From: Candidatus Levyibacteriota bacterium
Lineage (GTDB): Bacteria; Patescibacteriota; Microgenomatia; Levybacterales; UBA12049
Reading direction: 5' to 3'
Length of the DNA stretch: 64,000 bases
Assembly (NCBI GenBank): GCA_029260965.1
Contig: JAJDCG010000001.1
Location: 248,012 to 312,011 of the forward strand
Each line of letters starts with the position of its first letter. Position 1 is the stretch's first letter. This document shows, one piece after another, positions 28,161-37,095 of the stretch. Both the position numbers and the translations under genes were made by a program. The notes beneath the pieces are model-generated. The model saw only the letters and a list, made by a program, of their open reading frames with translations. It had not been told where the DNA came from and ran no database searches.

Positions 28161-30284
28161 ATGCCTAGGAAAAGACGCAAAGGTCGAAGAAAGCCTTTTA
28201 AACTGAAGCTAAAGAAAAAAACTATTTATACGATCTTTGGATTGGGATTTCTTCTAGTTGGAATTTTTATGCTCTTGGGCATGTTGGGTTCTTCTTCCTC
28301 AGATTCAGCTATTGGCGCTAGGCTTGATGCTGCTTTTGGGGGACTATTATTTTTGGTGCCATTTGCTTTTATCTTTGTAGGATTTTTGTTTCTGCATTTG
28401 AAATTTTACCTTTCACGACTCAACGTAACGATAGGCTATATCTTGCTCCTTTTTTCACTGATGGGACTAGTGCGAGCGGGAAGCATAGGAAGGGCAAGCT
28501 ATGTGGTTCTTGAAGAGATTCTCTCAGGACCAGGAGCAAGTCTTGTTTTCTTGACCGGAATATTGGTTGGGACGATTGTGTTTTTTGATACTTCAATAGA
28601 TGAGATGATTCAGGCAATAGGTGCTATGTTGAGCACTTTTAATAAGTTGATTCCAAGAAAACTTTTTGCATCTTTCAAGAAAGATAAGAAGGAACCCGTT
28701 ATCAACAAGGGCAAGCAAATGATGATAAAAGGAGGCGAGGACAAGGATAATAGACTTATGGATAAGCAGCCAATGGTTAACAAGAAGGATTTAGAAGTGT
28801 TGCCTGATACGCTCGTTAGTAACATGATTGGTAAAAACGCATCTGGCGTTTGGGAGTACCCTCCGTTATCGCTATTATCAGAAGAGTCAGGACAAAAAGC
28901 AGAGCGAGGTGACATAAAATTGATAGCATCCATTATTGAAGACACCCTAGCCAGTTTTCGTATTCAGGCAAGGGTTGCAGAGGTAAATCTCGGCCCAGCT
29001 GTTACTCAATATGCATTGGAGCTGTCGCTAGGAACCAGAATTTCTAAGATTACATCACTTGCAAACAATCTTGCTCTTGCGACAGAGGCGCCAACAGGTC
29101 AAATTAGGATAGAGGCACCAATACCTGGGAGAAATTTAATCGGTATTGAAATACCCAATAAATCGCTTGAGGTTGTGACTCTGAGACAAATGCTTGCCTC
29201 CTCTGTGATGCAAAAAGCAAAATCCAAATTGACAGTATCAATGGGGCTTGATGTGTCCGGCAACCCAATTGCAGTTGATTTGGCTAAGATGCCACACGTT
29301 TTGGTGGCGGGGACGACTGGCTCAGGAAAATCAGTTTTGATAAATGCATTTATTTCTTCGCTTCTTTTCAGAGCATCACCTCAGGAAGTTAGACTTATCT
29401 TGATTGATCCTAAAAGAGTTGAGTTCACGGGTTACAATGGCATACCACACCTTTTGACACCAGTAATCGTGGAGCAGGACAAGATTCTTTCATCATTAAA
29501 ATGGGCTATGGCAGAGATGGATAAGAGATATAAGACTTTTGCAGAAAGTGGTGTTCGTAATATTGATGCGTATAATGAGCTTTCTGGTTTCCAGGCACTT
29601 CCTTATATAGTGATATTTATAGATGAGCTTGCAGATCTGATGATGTTTGCACCAGTTGAGGTTGAGGATGCAATAGCGAGGCTAGCGCAAATGGCTCGTG
29701 CAACAGGCATTCATCTGGTTATTGCTACTCAGCGTCCGTCTGTAAATGTCATCACTGGTCTTATCAAGGCCAATATTCCATGTAGAATTGCATTTAACGT
29801 TTCATCTATGATTGATTCACGTGTTATCTTGGATTCTTCTGGTGCCGAGAAGTTGCTTGGTCGTGGAGATATGCTGTATGTACCTCCTGATCAGGCAAGG
29901 CCAACACGTATTCAGGGTGCGTACATCGAGAAAGAGGTCAAAAAATTAGTGGAATTTCTCAAGTCCAAGAATTATCCGGTTGAATATACTGAGGAGGTTG
30001 TCTCACAGCAGCTACCTATAAAAGGTGTGGGGGCACAGGGAAGCGCAGGTGGAGGAAAGAGCGATGGAGAGTTGGAGGAGGCTATACGAGTAGTCTGTCA
30101 GTTTAATACTGCATCAGCATCATTTCTCCAGCGCAAGATGTCCATCGGATATGCGAAAGCTGCAAGAATTCTTGATCAGCTAGAAGAGATGGGAATAGTA
30201 GGTCCTGCAGAGGGGTCAAAGCCTCGTGACGTGCTGGTCCGTAACGCCGAGGAGTACTTCGCAGGTCAACAGGGGGATTCGTAA
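28161..30284 (+). CDS. ftsK: DNA translocase FtsK/SpoIIIE
   Basis: N-terminal TM helices, a motor domain with Walker A VLVAGTTGSGKSVLINAF and Walker B IVIFIDELADL, and a C-terminal gamma winged-helix (ASFLQRKMSIGYAKAARILDQLEEMGIV). Confidence 0.9.
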   Translation: MPRKRRKGRRKPFKLKLKKKTIYTIFGLGFLLVGIFMLLGMLGSSSSDSAIGARLDAAFGGLLFLVPFAFIFVGFLFLHLKFYLSRLNVTIGYILLLFSLMGLVRAGSIGRASYVVLEEILSGPGASLVFLTGILVGTIVFFDTSIDEMIQAIGAMLSTFNKLIPRKLFASFKKDKKEPVINKGKQMMIKGGEDKDNRLMDKQPMVNKKDLEVLPDTLVSNMIGKNASGVWEYPPLSLLSEESGQKAERGDIKLIASIIEDTLASFRIQARVAEVNLGPAVTQYALELSLGTRISKITSLANNLALATEAPTGQIRIEAPIPGRNLIGIEIPNKSLEVVTLRQMLASSVMQKAKSKLTVSMGLDVSGNPIAVDLAKMPHVLVAGTTGSGKSVLINAFISSLLFRASPQEVRLILIDPKRVEFTGYNGIPHLLTPVIVEQDKILSSLKWAMAEMDKRYKTFAESGVRNIDAYNELSGFQALPYIVIFIDELADLMMFAPVEVEDAIARLAQMARATGIHLVIATQRPSVNVITGLIKANIPCRIAFNVSSMIDSRVILDSSGAEKLLGRGDMLYVPPDQARPTRIQGAYIEKEVKKLVEFLKSKNYPVEYTEEVVSQQLPIKGVGAQGSAGGGKSDGELEEAIRVVCQFNTASASFLQRKMSIGYAKAARILDQLEEMGIVGPAEGSKPRDVLVRNAEEYFAGQQGDS

Positions 30285-30336
30285 TTAAATTGAAAGTTTA
30301 AGTCCATAATTATTTTGAATTTTAGATTTTCTACCT

Positions 30337-30963
30337 ATGATAAGAATTGGTCAAAGACTTCAGAAGGAAAGAGCAAGAATGGGATTGAGCCTGGAGGAGA
30401 TTTCTGAGAAGATTAAGATAAAGTCTCAGTTCCTGTCTGCAATTGAAAAAGGGGAGTATGACAAACTTCCGTCTCCTGCTTATGCAAAAGGATTTGTACG
30501 GAATTATGCAGCATTTTTAGGTCTTCCGGAAGCAGAAACTGTTGCTTTTTTTAAGCGTGATTTTGATGAAAAAAAAGCGCTAAAAGTTCTTCCAGATGGA
30601 GTAGCCAGAAAGCAAAGTTTTTCTCTAAAAAGAATGAAGATAAGGCAGTTCATGCTGGCAGGATTTGTAATATTGGGTTTTTTGATATTCATCATTTTTC
30701 AGTTTCGTGCTGCTTTTATTCCACCTCAGCTCGATGTCACCTCACCGGTCAATGGAGATGTGGTAGAGAGCGAATTTGTAGTCAGAGGAGTTACTGATGA
30801 AAAAGCTACAGTTTTTGTAAATGATGAACCTGTGGCTGTAGGTGTTGGGGGGAATTTTAGTAAGGTGATAAATCTTTTTCCAGGTGAGATAACGCTGACG
30901 ATAAAAGCTACAAACAGAATGGGGCGTGAGGCTGTAGTGGAAAAGCAGATTACGGTTCGTTAG
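30337..30963 (+). CDS. RodZ-like protein: Xre-type HTH, one TM helix, extracytoplasmic domain
   Basis: N-terminal HTH (IGQRLQKERARMGLSLEEISEKIKIKSQFLSAIEKGEYDKLP...AYAKGFVRNYAAFLGL), a TM helix FMLAGFVILGFLIFIIF, then a C-terminal beta-rich domain. Confidence 0.5.
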   Translation: MIRIGQRLQKERARMGLSLEEISEKIKIKSQFLSAIEKGEYDKLPSPAYAKGFVRNYAAFLGLPEAETVAFFKRDFDEKKALKVLPDGVARKQSFSLKRMKIRQFMLAGFVILGFLIFIIFQFRAAFIPPQLDVTSPVNGDVVESEFVVRGVTDEKATVFVNDEPVAVGVGGNFSKVINLFPGEITLTIKATNRMGREAVVEKQITVR

Positions 30964-31063
30964 TAAATTTATCTTTTCACGATTTTTGTTCCAGATTGCA
31001 TGGGTTTTGTATCACATTGTTTACGTTGACACTCCAGTTTTCATGGGTTAGTGTATATGAACT

Positions 31064-31354
31064 ATGGTAGATCCTGTCCAAATGATTCTTCTGATTGTTA
31101 TAGTAGTTCTTGCCGTACTTTTGGTAGTTCTTGGCATTCAAGTTTTTTTTATTCTTCGCGAGCTCAGAGTCACACTCAAAAAAGCCAACAAGGTTCTTGA
31201 CAGTGCCAGTGCTATAACACAGGACATAGAAGAGCCACTTTCTGCAATCTCGTCTCTTGTTTTGGGTGTCAAAGCGACATCTGTATTGAAGGTGTTGGGT
31301 GTAGTCAAAGGATTTTTAGGCAGAGAAAAGGAGGATAGACACAATGGTAGATAG
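31064..31354 (+). CDS. DUF948-like small membrane protein
   Basis: N-terminal TM helix followed by an amphipathic helical region. The architecture is like the ytxG-type genes that commonly pair with ytxH. Confidence 0.4.
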   Translation: MVDPVQMILLIVIVVLAVLLVVLGIQVFFILRELRVTLKKANKVLDSASAITQDIEEPLSAISSLVLGVKATSVLKVLGVVKGFLGREKEDRHNGR

Positions 31355-31706
31355 TAGCAATGGTCACAAGGGTGGTAATGGTTTTTTGCTCGGGGTTGTG
31401 CTGGGTAGTGTTGCCACGCTTCTTCTGACTACTAAAAAAGGTAGAGAAATTCTGAGGGAGGTTGCAGACAAGGGTATGGAGCGCTTTTCAGATCTTGAGG
31501 AATCTCTTGAGCGTGAGGGAGAAGAATATGTTGATCTTGAATCAGCAGACGACTACGTAGAGACTGTGCCTACTGAGAAAAAAACAGAGAATGAAGAAGG
31601 AAAACATGTGTCAGAAGAAAAAAGTGAAATGAAAGCATCCTCAAGCGGGAATATTGAAAAACCCAAAAAATCTCCCCGCCGCTTTTTCAGAGGAAAAAAG
31701 AGTTAG
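31344..31706 (+). CDS. YtxH-like protein
   Basis: G-rich N-terminal hydrophobic helix (GFLLGVVLGSVATLLLTTKKGRE) followed by a charged helical region. Confidence 0.4.
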   Translation: MVDSSNGHKGGNGFLLGVVLGSVATLLLTTKKGREILREVADKGMERFSDLEESLEREGEEYVDLESADDYVETVPTEKKTENEEGKHVSEEKSEMKASSSGNIEKPKKSPRRFFRGKKS

Positions 31707-32659
31707 AGACCGTATTTTTGAATATTGGCGTTGTGCTGGTCAAATGTCTCGGCATAGCGGTTTATCCCATTTTGATCTGAGATGTAGTATAGATAGTCTG
31801 TCTCAGCTGGGTTAAGTGCTGCATTTAGTGCCTCAGCTCCAGGATTGGCGATTGGTCCAGGTGGAAGGCCTGGGTTCTCATATGTGTTGTAGGGAGACGA
31901 CATGCTGAGGTCATTGCGAGTTAGATGTCTTTTCCACCATCTTTTTTCTTCTTCTTGGTATCCCAGCACATATTGAACGGTAGCGTCTATTTGAAGAGCC
32001 ATTCCTATATCAAGCCTGTTGTGTATGACAGATGCCACAAGCGGTCTGTCTTCTGAGTGTCGTGCTTCACGTTCTATTAATGATGCGAGTGTAACTATTT
32101 CTTCTTGGGAGTAGGAGGTATTTGATGTATTCAGACTTTGGTATTTGCTGTCGAAATTATCACGCATTGTTTCTATGATTAGTTCAATTCCCGCATCTTT
32201 TGGAAAAAAATACGTATCGGGAAATAGATATCCTTCATAAAGTCTCATTTCGCGTCGCCACGACTCGTCATAATTTACTGATTTTTTTTCCAAAACGTCA
32301 GCTATTTCATCTGCCCGAAATCCTTCAGGTATCACAATTTGCATGTCAGACGTGCCTGTTTGAAGCGAACGTGCTATCTCTGTGGCGTTCATCGATGGTG
32401 ATAAAAAAAACTCACCTGCTTGAATTTTTGATTCAAGTCCCAGTCTTTTTACGACCAGAAAAAAGATAACTTCATCACGTATAAGACCCTGTTTTTTTAA
32501 ATCTTTTGCAACGTTTCTGACCCCTTCACCTTGGAGAATTGTAAAGTTTTTTATTGTTTTATTTCCCGGATCTGCTGGTCTGTTGCCGTTGAACCACCAA
32601 GCAAAAAAACCGCCTGAAAAAAGAATTAGAAGTACAATTAGAAATGAAAATTTTTTCAT
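31703..32659 (-). CDS. mltG: Endolytic murein transglycosylase MltG (YceG-like)
   Basis: N-terminal TM helix and the YceG fold motifs (TIKNFTILQGEGVRNVAKDLKKQGLI ... IPEGFRADEIADVLEKK ... FPDTYFF). Confidence 0.8.
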   Translation of the reverse strand: MKKFSFLIVLLILFSGGFFAWWFNGNRPADPGNKTIKNFTILQGEGVRNVAKDLKKQGLIRDEVIFFLVVKRLGLESKIQAGEFFLSPSMNATEIARSLQTGTSDMQIVIPEGFRADEIADVLEKKSVNYDESWRREMRLYEGYLFPDTYFFPKDAGIELIIETMRDNFDSKYQSLNTSNTSYSQEEIVTLASLIEREARHSEDRPLVASVIHNRLDIGMALQIDATVQYVLGYQEEEKRWWKRHLTRNDLSMSSPYNTYENPGLPPGPIANPGAEALNAALNPAETDYLYYISDQNGINRYAETFDQHNANIQKYGL

Positions 32660-32665
32660 AAGTTT

Positions 32666-34015
32666 TTAAAATTCAATAATAGGAAAATTATCCATAGAGT
32701 CTTTTGCCTCTTTTAGTTTGTATTCGCTCTCGCTATAGAGAGTATAGACTGTGTCACCGATTATACACTGATCACCCACTTTTTTGTCAAGGAAGATGCC
32801 ACTTTTTTTTTCATGAGGCGCTCCAAGTATTTTTGCAATTAGAGTCGCGTTCTTGCTATTTATATTTTTTATTGTTCCTTTCTTTTTTGTTTTCACTTGA
32901 TAGGAAAATTTGCCAGGGAGGAGGTCCACGCTTTTTATTTCTGGATCACCGTTCTGAGCTTGGATTATCTCCTTCATTTTTAAAAGTGCCTGTCCGCTTT
33001 TGAGTATATCTTCTGCCCATTTATTCCCGTTTCCAAATTTTTCTTTGACTTCTTTATTTAGGCTTTTGCCTGCGCTGGTAAGGCAGAGATCGAGTAGGTT
33101 GCCTGCAAGTTTTAGTGCTCTTTTTTCCAAATCAAGAGGTCTCTCTTCATCTTGTTCTAAGACTAACAGTGCATCTTTGGTTTCCAGTGTTGGTCCGATT
33201 CCTCGTCCAACAGGTTCTTCCACCTTGTGTTCAATTACTTCAATTTTGACAGAAAATTTTCGTGCTAGAAATTCAAACTTTTCTTTGATTATTTTTGCAT
33301 CATGTATATTTTTTACTTTTACATGTGGTCCGTAGGGAAGGTCAATTACTATATGGTTTGATCCGAAAGCTACCTTTTTAGCCATTATTGAGACAAGTAT
33401 CTTATCAAACCCTTCATGCATGAGCGGTTTTTCAACTCTTATCAGTTCGTCATCGGCGGGTGCTATATCAACTCCTCCACCCCAGACAATGCAGCCATTT
33501 GTTTTTTTAACTATTCTATAAATTTCTTCTTTGTTAAATGTGACATTTGCTAAAGTCTCCATATCATCTGCTGTTCCACCTGGAGTAGTGATGGCTCGCG
33601 ATGAGCTCTTGGGGATAAGAAAACCTGCTGATGCGACAATAGGCACTACAATTAGCGTAGTGCGCGTTCCCGGAACCCCACCTATTGAGTGTTTGTCAGC
33701 AACGATTCCTTTGAATTCAAGCGTGTCACCTGTTTCAATCATTGCTTTGGTGAGGAAGTAGAGTTCTTCATCAGAAAAGCTGTGGGCATAACCTGAGGCA
33801 GCGAAATAAGCTGTGAGTACATCGCCTAGTCTGCCATTAGCTATCTCATCCATGATAGCGTAGATTTCAGGATATGTCAGTTCTTTACCAGCAAGTTTTC
33901 TTTGGATGTCTTCGCGAATTTCAGGGTTAATCATGGGTTTTTGATCATTTGTATAGCGTCTTTGAAGAAATTTTTTATCAGATTCAAGATAAAGTAAAAA
34001 GCTGTATTGATCCAT
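32666..34015 (-). CDS. Thymidine/AMP phosphorylase family (glycosyl transferase family 3) enzyme
   Basis: Motifs DKHSIGGVPGTRTTLIVVPIVASAG and TTPGGTADDMETL, with the C-terminal PYNP domain. A possible internal start at MINPEIRE would give an ATG near 33934. Specificity for AMP rather than thymidine cannot be told from sequence alone. Confidence 0.65.
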   Translation of the reverse strand: MDQYSFLLYLESDKKFLQRRYTNDQKPMINPEIREDIQRKLAGKELTYPEIYAIMDEIANGRLGDVLTAYFAASGYAHSFSDEELYFLTKAMIETGDTLEFKGIVADKHSIGGVPGTRTTLIVVPIVASAGFLIPKSSSRAITTPGGTADDMETLANVTFNKEEIYRIVKKTNGCIVWGGGVDIAPADDELIRVEKPLMHEGFDKILVSIMAKKVAFGSNHIVIDLPYGPHVKVKNIHDAKIIKEKFEFLARKFSVKIEVIEHKVEEPVGRGIGPTLETKDALLVLEQDEERPLDLEKRALKLAGNLLDLCLTSAGKSLNKEVKEKFGNGNKWAEDILKSGQALLKMKEIIQAQNGDPEIKSVDLLPGKFSYQVKTKKKGTIKNINSKNATLIAKILGAPHEKKSGIFLDKKVGDQCIIGDTVYTLYSESEYKLKEAKDSMDNFPIIEF

Positions 34016-34086
34016 CTATAGATGTATGGCCAAATTCTTTTCATGAAAATTATAAATTGTGATTGCTGCATGTTTTGCCACATATT

Positions 34087-34815
34087 TTATTGATCCAGTC
34101 TTGCTTTTATGATAAGTCTTTTCCAGATGGTGCCGGGGGGTGTACAGGTGATGATCGTGATATAGGAGTTGTCAAAATTTTGTGTGAAATATGATGTATC
34201 TTCAGCATCAATTACAGATATGTCAATTATTGAATAGTTATATTTAGTATTATTAACTGTTGCGATGATTTTATCTTTTATCTTAACTTCATGGATTTTT
34301 GCAAAAATAGTCCGATAATTTTCTGGATCATAGAGCTGGGGTAGGGTTGAATGTCCGAAGATTGCTGCAGTTCCCTTATTACCTGGCACAGCAGTACCAG
34401 GAAAGTGAACCAGGTTTTCGTCAACACGAGTGTTGGTTGTTGACACCACAGCATTGTTGATGTTTATTTTGGGAATAGAGATTGTATAAGACGAGATTTT
34501 GTCGTTAAATGTTTCAGTGCTTGTTTGTTCTTGTGCATTTGCGCTTGGTAGCCAGTTGCTGGATTTGCCACTGAGGGAATCTGCAGTAGACTGTATGATC
34601 CCTGATAAGTAGTTTTCTGAAATTACTGTATTTTGAGGTATAGGTGATGCATAGTTGTTGTTGGCAAAGACACGCTTGGTATAAAGCTCCCAGGAGATAA
34701 TAGGAAAAAAGATATAAAGACCGAATAGAAAGGCAAGTGCTGAAATTATCAGTCCAGTGAGGCGGATTTTTTTTCTGTTTTTTACTTTGTCTTTTTTGGT
34801 GTAAACTTGTCCCAT
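34087..34815 (-). CDS. Sortase family transpeptidase
   Basis: N-terminal membrane anchor, the catalytic His context (AIFGHSTLPQ) and the conserved Cys in TIITCTPPGT. Confidence 0.7.
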   Translation of the reverse strand: MGQVYTKKDKVKNRKKIRLTGLIISALAFLFGLYIFFPIISWELYTKRVFANNNYASPIPQNTVISENYLSGIIQSTADSLSGKSSNWLPSANAQEQTSTETFNDKISSYTISIPKININNAVVSTTNTRVDENLVHFPGTAVPGNKGTAAIFGHSTLPQLYDPENYRTIFAKIHEVKIKDKIIATVNNTKYNYSIIDISVIDAEDTSYFTQNFDNSYITIITCTPPGTIWKRLIIKARLDQ

Positions 34816-34818
34816 AGA

Positions 34819-37092
34819 TTATTCTGCTTCAACAACAATATTGATTTTGTTTGGAAGGCTAGGAAAAAAATATGAAGGTATAAAGATACCAGGTGAATAT
34901 CTTATTTTGCTGTCTGATACTTGCGGTAAGTTTGAGAGCATGCTGGTTGCTTCTTTTTTAGATTTTCCTTTGAGTGACGAGGTGATATCGTCAGATTTAA
35001 TTTCAGGAAGGACCCCAGCCTCAGCAATCAGCTTAGCTGATACTTCTTGGTCATCGCGCTTTTTTAGATTTTCTGTTTTTACTTTCAAGGTATCATTTGC
35101 AATCTCAATGTTTTCTGATCCACCTGATTTGAGAAGTGTTTTTGTAAAATCTTCCAGATCCTGATTTCTATAAACCATTTCTTCAAAAACAACACTACCA
35201 GTAAGTTTTATGGTGCTTGATTCATCACCTTCATCTTTATCAAAGCTAGGTTTTGTTATTTTAGCTGAGAGGATTGTGGGAATGAGCGTTTCTCCAGTAT
35301 TTGCTTTTTTGGATAATTCTTCTGATGCCTGTTTCTCGAGTTTTTTTACCAAATCCGTTTCTAGTCTGGATAAATCATCAGCGTCAACAACTGTTACTGT
35401 TTTTTTACTGCCTCCCGAAAAAGCATCATCATTGCGGGCAGCTAGTTCTGAATTCCCACCAATTGAAAATTTAGTTCCTGATGGTAGGTTTGATTCTTGA
35501 CCTATGTCGCGAGCGGTAACTTTTACATCAGTAGTGCCAGGTTTAGTTCCAGAAAATATATCTCCTGATGCTGAGGCAACAGTGATGTTGTCATCAAGGG
35601 TGAAAACTAGGTCATTACTTGACTCAATAGTGGTCCCACTATTGATAGTGACTTTGCTTTTGGAATTGTTAAAAATCGTTACAGTACCTTTGGCTTTATC
35701 GCCGACATCTTTTTTACCAGTTGCTTTTGTTGATACATCTCCTGACACGGTTGTTGATATTGATTTAGCAGCTATTATATTTTGAGAGAAGTCATTTCCA
35801 CCCGAGACAGAAAAGATCACATTCTCTTCTTCTTTGATTATTTCGGGTTTTATTGATAGTGCAATCTCTGCAGTTACAACATTTTGGTAAAAGAGCCATG
35901 ACCCAATTCCGAGAAGTATGATTACACCTGCGACAATTCCCATGAGTTTTGTTTTGGAGCTTTTTTTGAGCAATGAAGGCAATCCAGAAAATTTGGATAA
36001 AGAAAGTTTTTTAGATAGTTCCCTTAATTTTTGAGTAATAGATAGGAAAGCTGTAAGAATTGCCTTCTTCTTTACTGCTTGTTGCTCTTGTTTTTCATCT
36101 TCTGATGTTTCATCATGGGAATTATTTTGTCCCAGATCAACCTCCGGAGAATCTTCCTCAGGAATAAGCGATATTGTTTCTTCTTTTTTTAATTTTGCAG
36201 CATCTATGTTTTCTACAAATCCAAAATTATCACCATTATCTGGTGTGGATGGTTTATCGTTTTTGATGTCTGGGCTATTATCTGCGTCCTTATTAGTTTC
36301 AGTTATGTCAGTTTTGCTGATTCCAAGTATTTCAAATCCCATCTGTTCACCTGCACCAAATGTAACTGCTTTACCATCAAAACCTTCGGGTAAAGAAGTG
36401 ATCTGGGGAATATGTAGAAAAGGGATGTTTTTATTCCATTCGTGGTTTGTCAATTCCTGGGCGAGTTTTTCGGATTTTTTGGTCGGGAATAGTACAATTC
36501 TTGCAGGAAGGGTCGGAGCTGTGAAGTGTCGCAGGAGCTTGTCGGTTGTTTCTGCAAATGAATCACCAGTTAGTTCTCCTTTTTTTGTTTCAATTATTTT
36601 TCCTGCCCTAAACAGACTTACGTTTATAGATTTTTCGCCTGCCTCGATCATTACTGCAGAGAGTGGAGCTCCTTCTTCTTCACCAAGAAAGTGTGCAATT
36701 GCTTCGCTGACTACCATAAATCCGATTGGTTTCATATCAAGTTTATCTGAGGCGCGTTTCAATTTGGCGAGATTTTCTTTTTTTATTTTCTTGGTTTCTT
36801 TGTCAACCCAATCTTCTTTTACTCCAAATACTGTTTTTTGTGTTTCTATATCAGGTGGTAAAACTTCTTCTGCTTTGGAGATTGTTTTATCAAGGATTTT
36901 TACAAATTCTTCGTGTGTTATTTCATCAAGTGGGGTTGTGAACTCCTCACTATTTTGATTCAGGACTTTTAGCTTGCTTTCGTGCTCTTTGAGTATTACA
37001 GCTTCGGCTCTTTCGTCAGTAAGAAGTAGTGCGAGAAAATATTCGTTTTCTTCTTTATTTTTCTTTTTAATGAATGGAATAGGCAGCTTCAT
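34819..37092 (-). CDS. Bitopic membrane protein: N-terminal actin-like (FtsA/PilM-like) cytoplasmic domain, one TM helix, S/T/G-rich extracytoplasmic domain
   Basis: The N-terminal roughly 260 aa show an FtsA/PilM-like pattern (EYFLALLLTDERAEAVILKE ... GFMVVSEAIAHFLG ... AVMIEAGEKSINVSLFRAGKII). The phosphate-1 motif is degenerate (LTDE in place of DIGT). The TM helix is LMGIVAGVIILLGIGSWLFY. About 370 aa of repetitive S/T/G/D-rich sequence follow. Confidence 0.3.
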   Translation of the reverse strand: MKLPIPFIKKKNKEENEYFLALLLTDERAEAVILKEHESKLKVLNQNSEEFTTPLDEITHEEFVKILDKTISKAEEVLPPDIETQKTVFGVKEDWVDKETKKIKKENLAKLKRASDKLDMKPIGFMVVSEAIAHFLGEEEGAPLSAVMIEAGEKSINVSLFRAGKIIETKKGELTGDSFAETTDKLLRHFTAPTLPARIVLFPTKKSEKLAQELTNHEWNKNIPFLHIPQITSLPEGFDGKAVTFGAGEQMGFEILGISKTDITETNKDADNSPDIKNDKPSTPDNGDNFGFVENIDAAKLKKEETISLIPEEDSPEVDLGQNNSHDETSEDEKQEQQAVKKKAILTAFLSITQKLRELSKKLSLSKFSGLPSLLKKSSKTKLMGIVAGVIILLGIGSWLFYQNVVTAEIALSIKPEIIKEEENVIFSVSGGNDFSQNIIAAKSISTTVSGDVSTKATGKKDVGDKAKGTVTIFNNSKSKVTINSGTTIESSNDLVFTLDDNITVASASGDIFSGTKPGTTDVKVTARDIGQESNLPSGTKFSIGGNSELAARNDDAFSGGSKKTVTVVDADDLSRLETDLVKKLEKQASEELSKKANTGETLIPTILSAKITKPSFDKDEGDESSTIKLTGSVVFEEMVYRNQDLEDFTKTLLKSGGSENIEIANDTLKVKTENLKKRDDQEVSAKLIAEAGVLPEIKSDDITSSLKGKSKKEATSMLSNLPQVSDSKIRYSPGIFIPSYFFPSLPNKINIVVEAE

Positions 37093-37095
37093 AAA

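Noticed and set aside
36206-36958. 250-aa plus-strand ORF
   Set aside because: It is antisense to the well-supported 757-aa minus-strand gene, its composition is low complexity, and it has no motifs.
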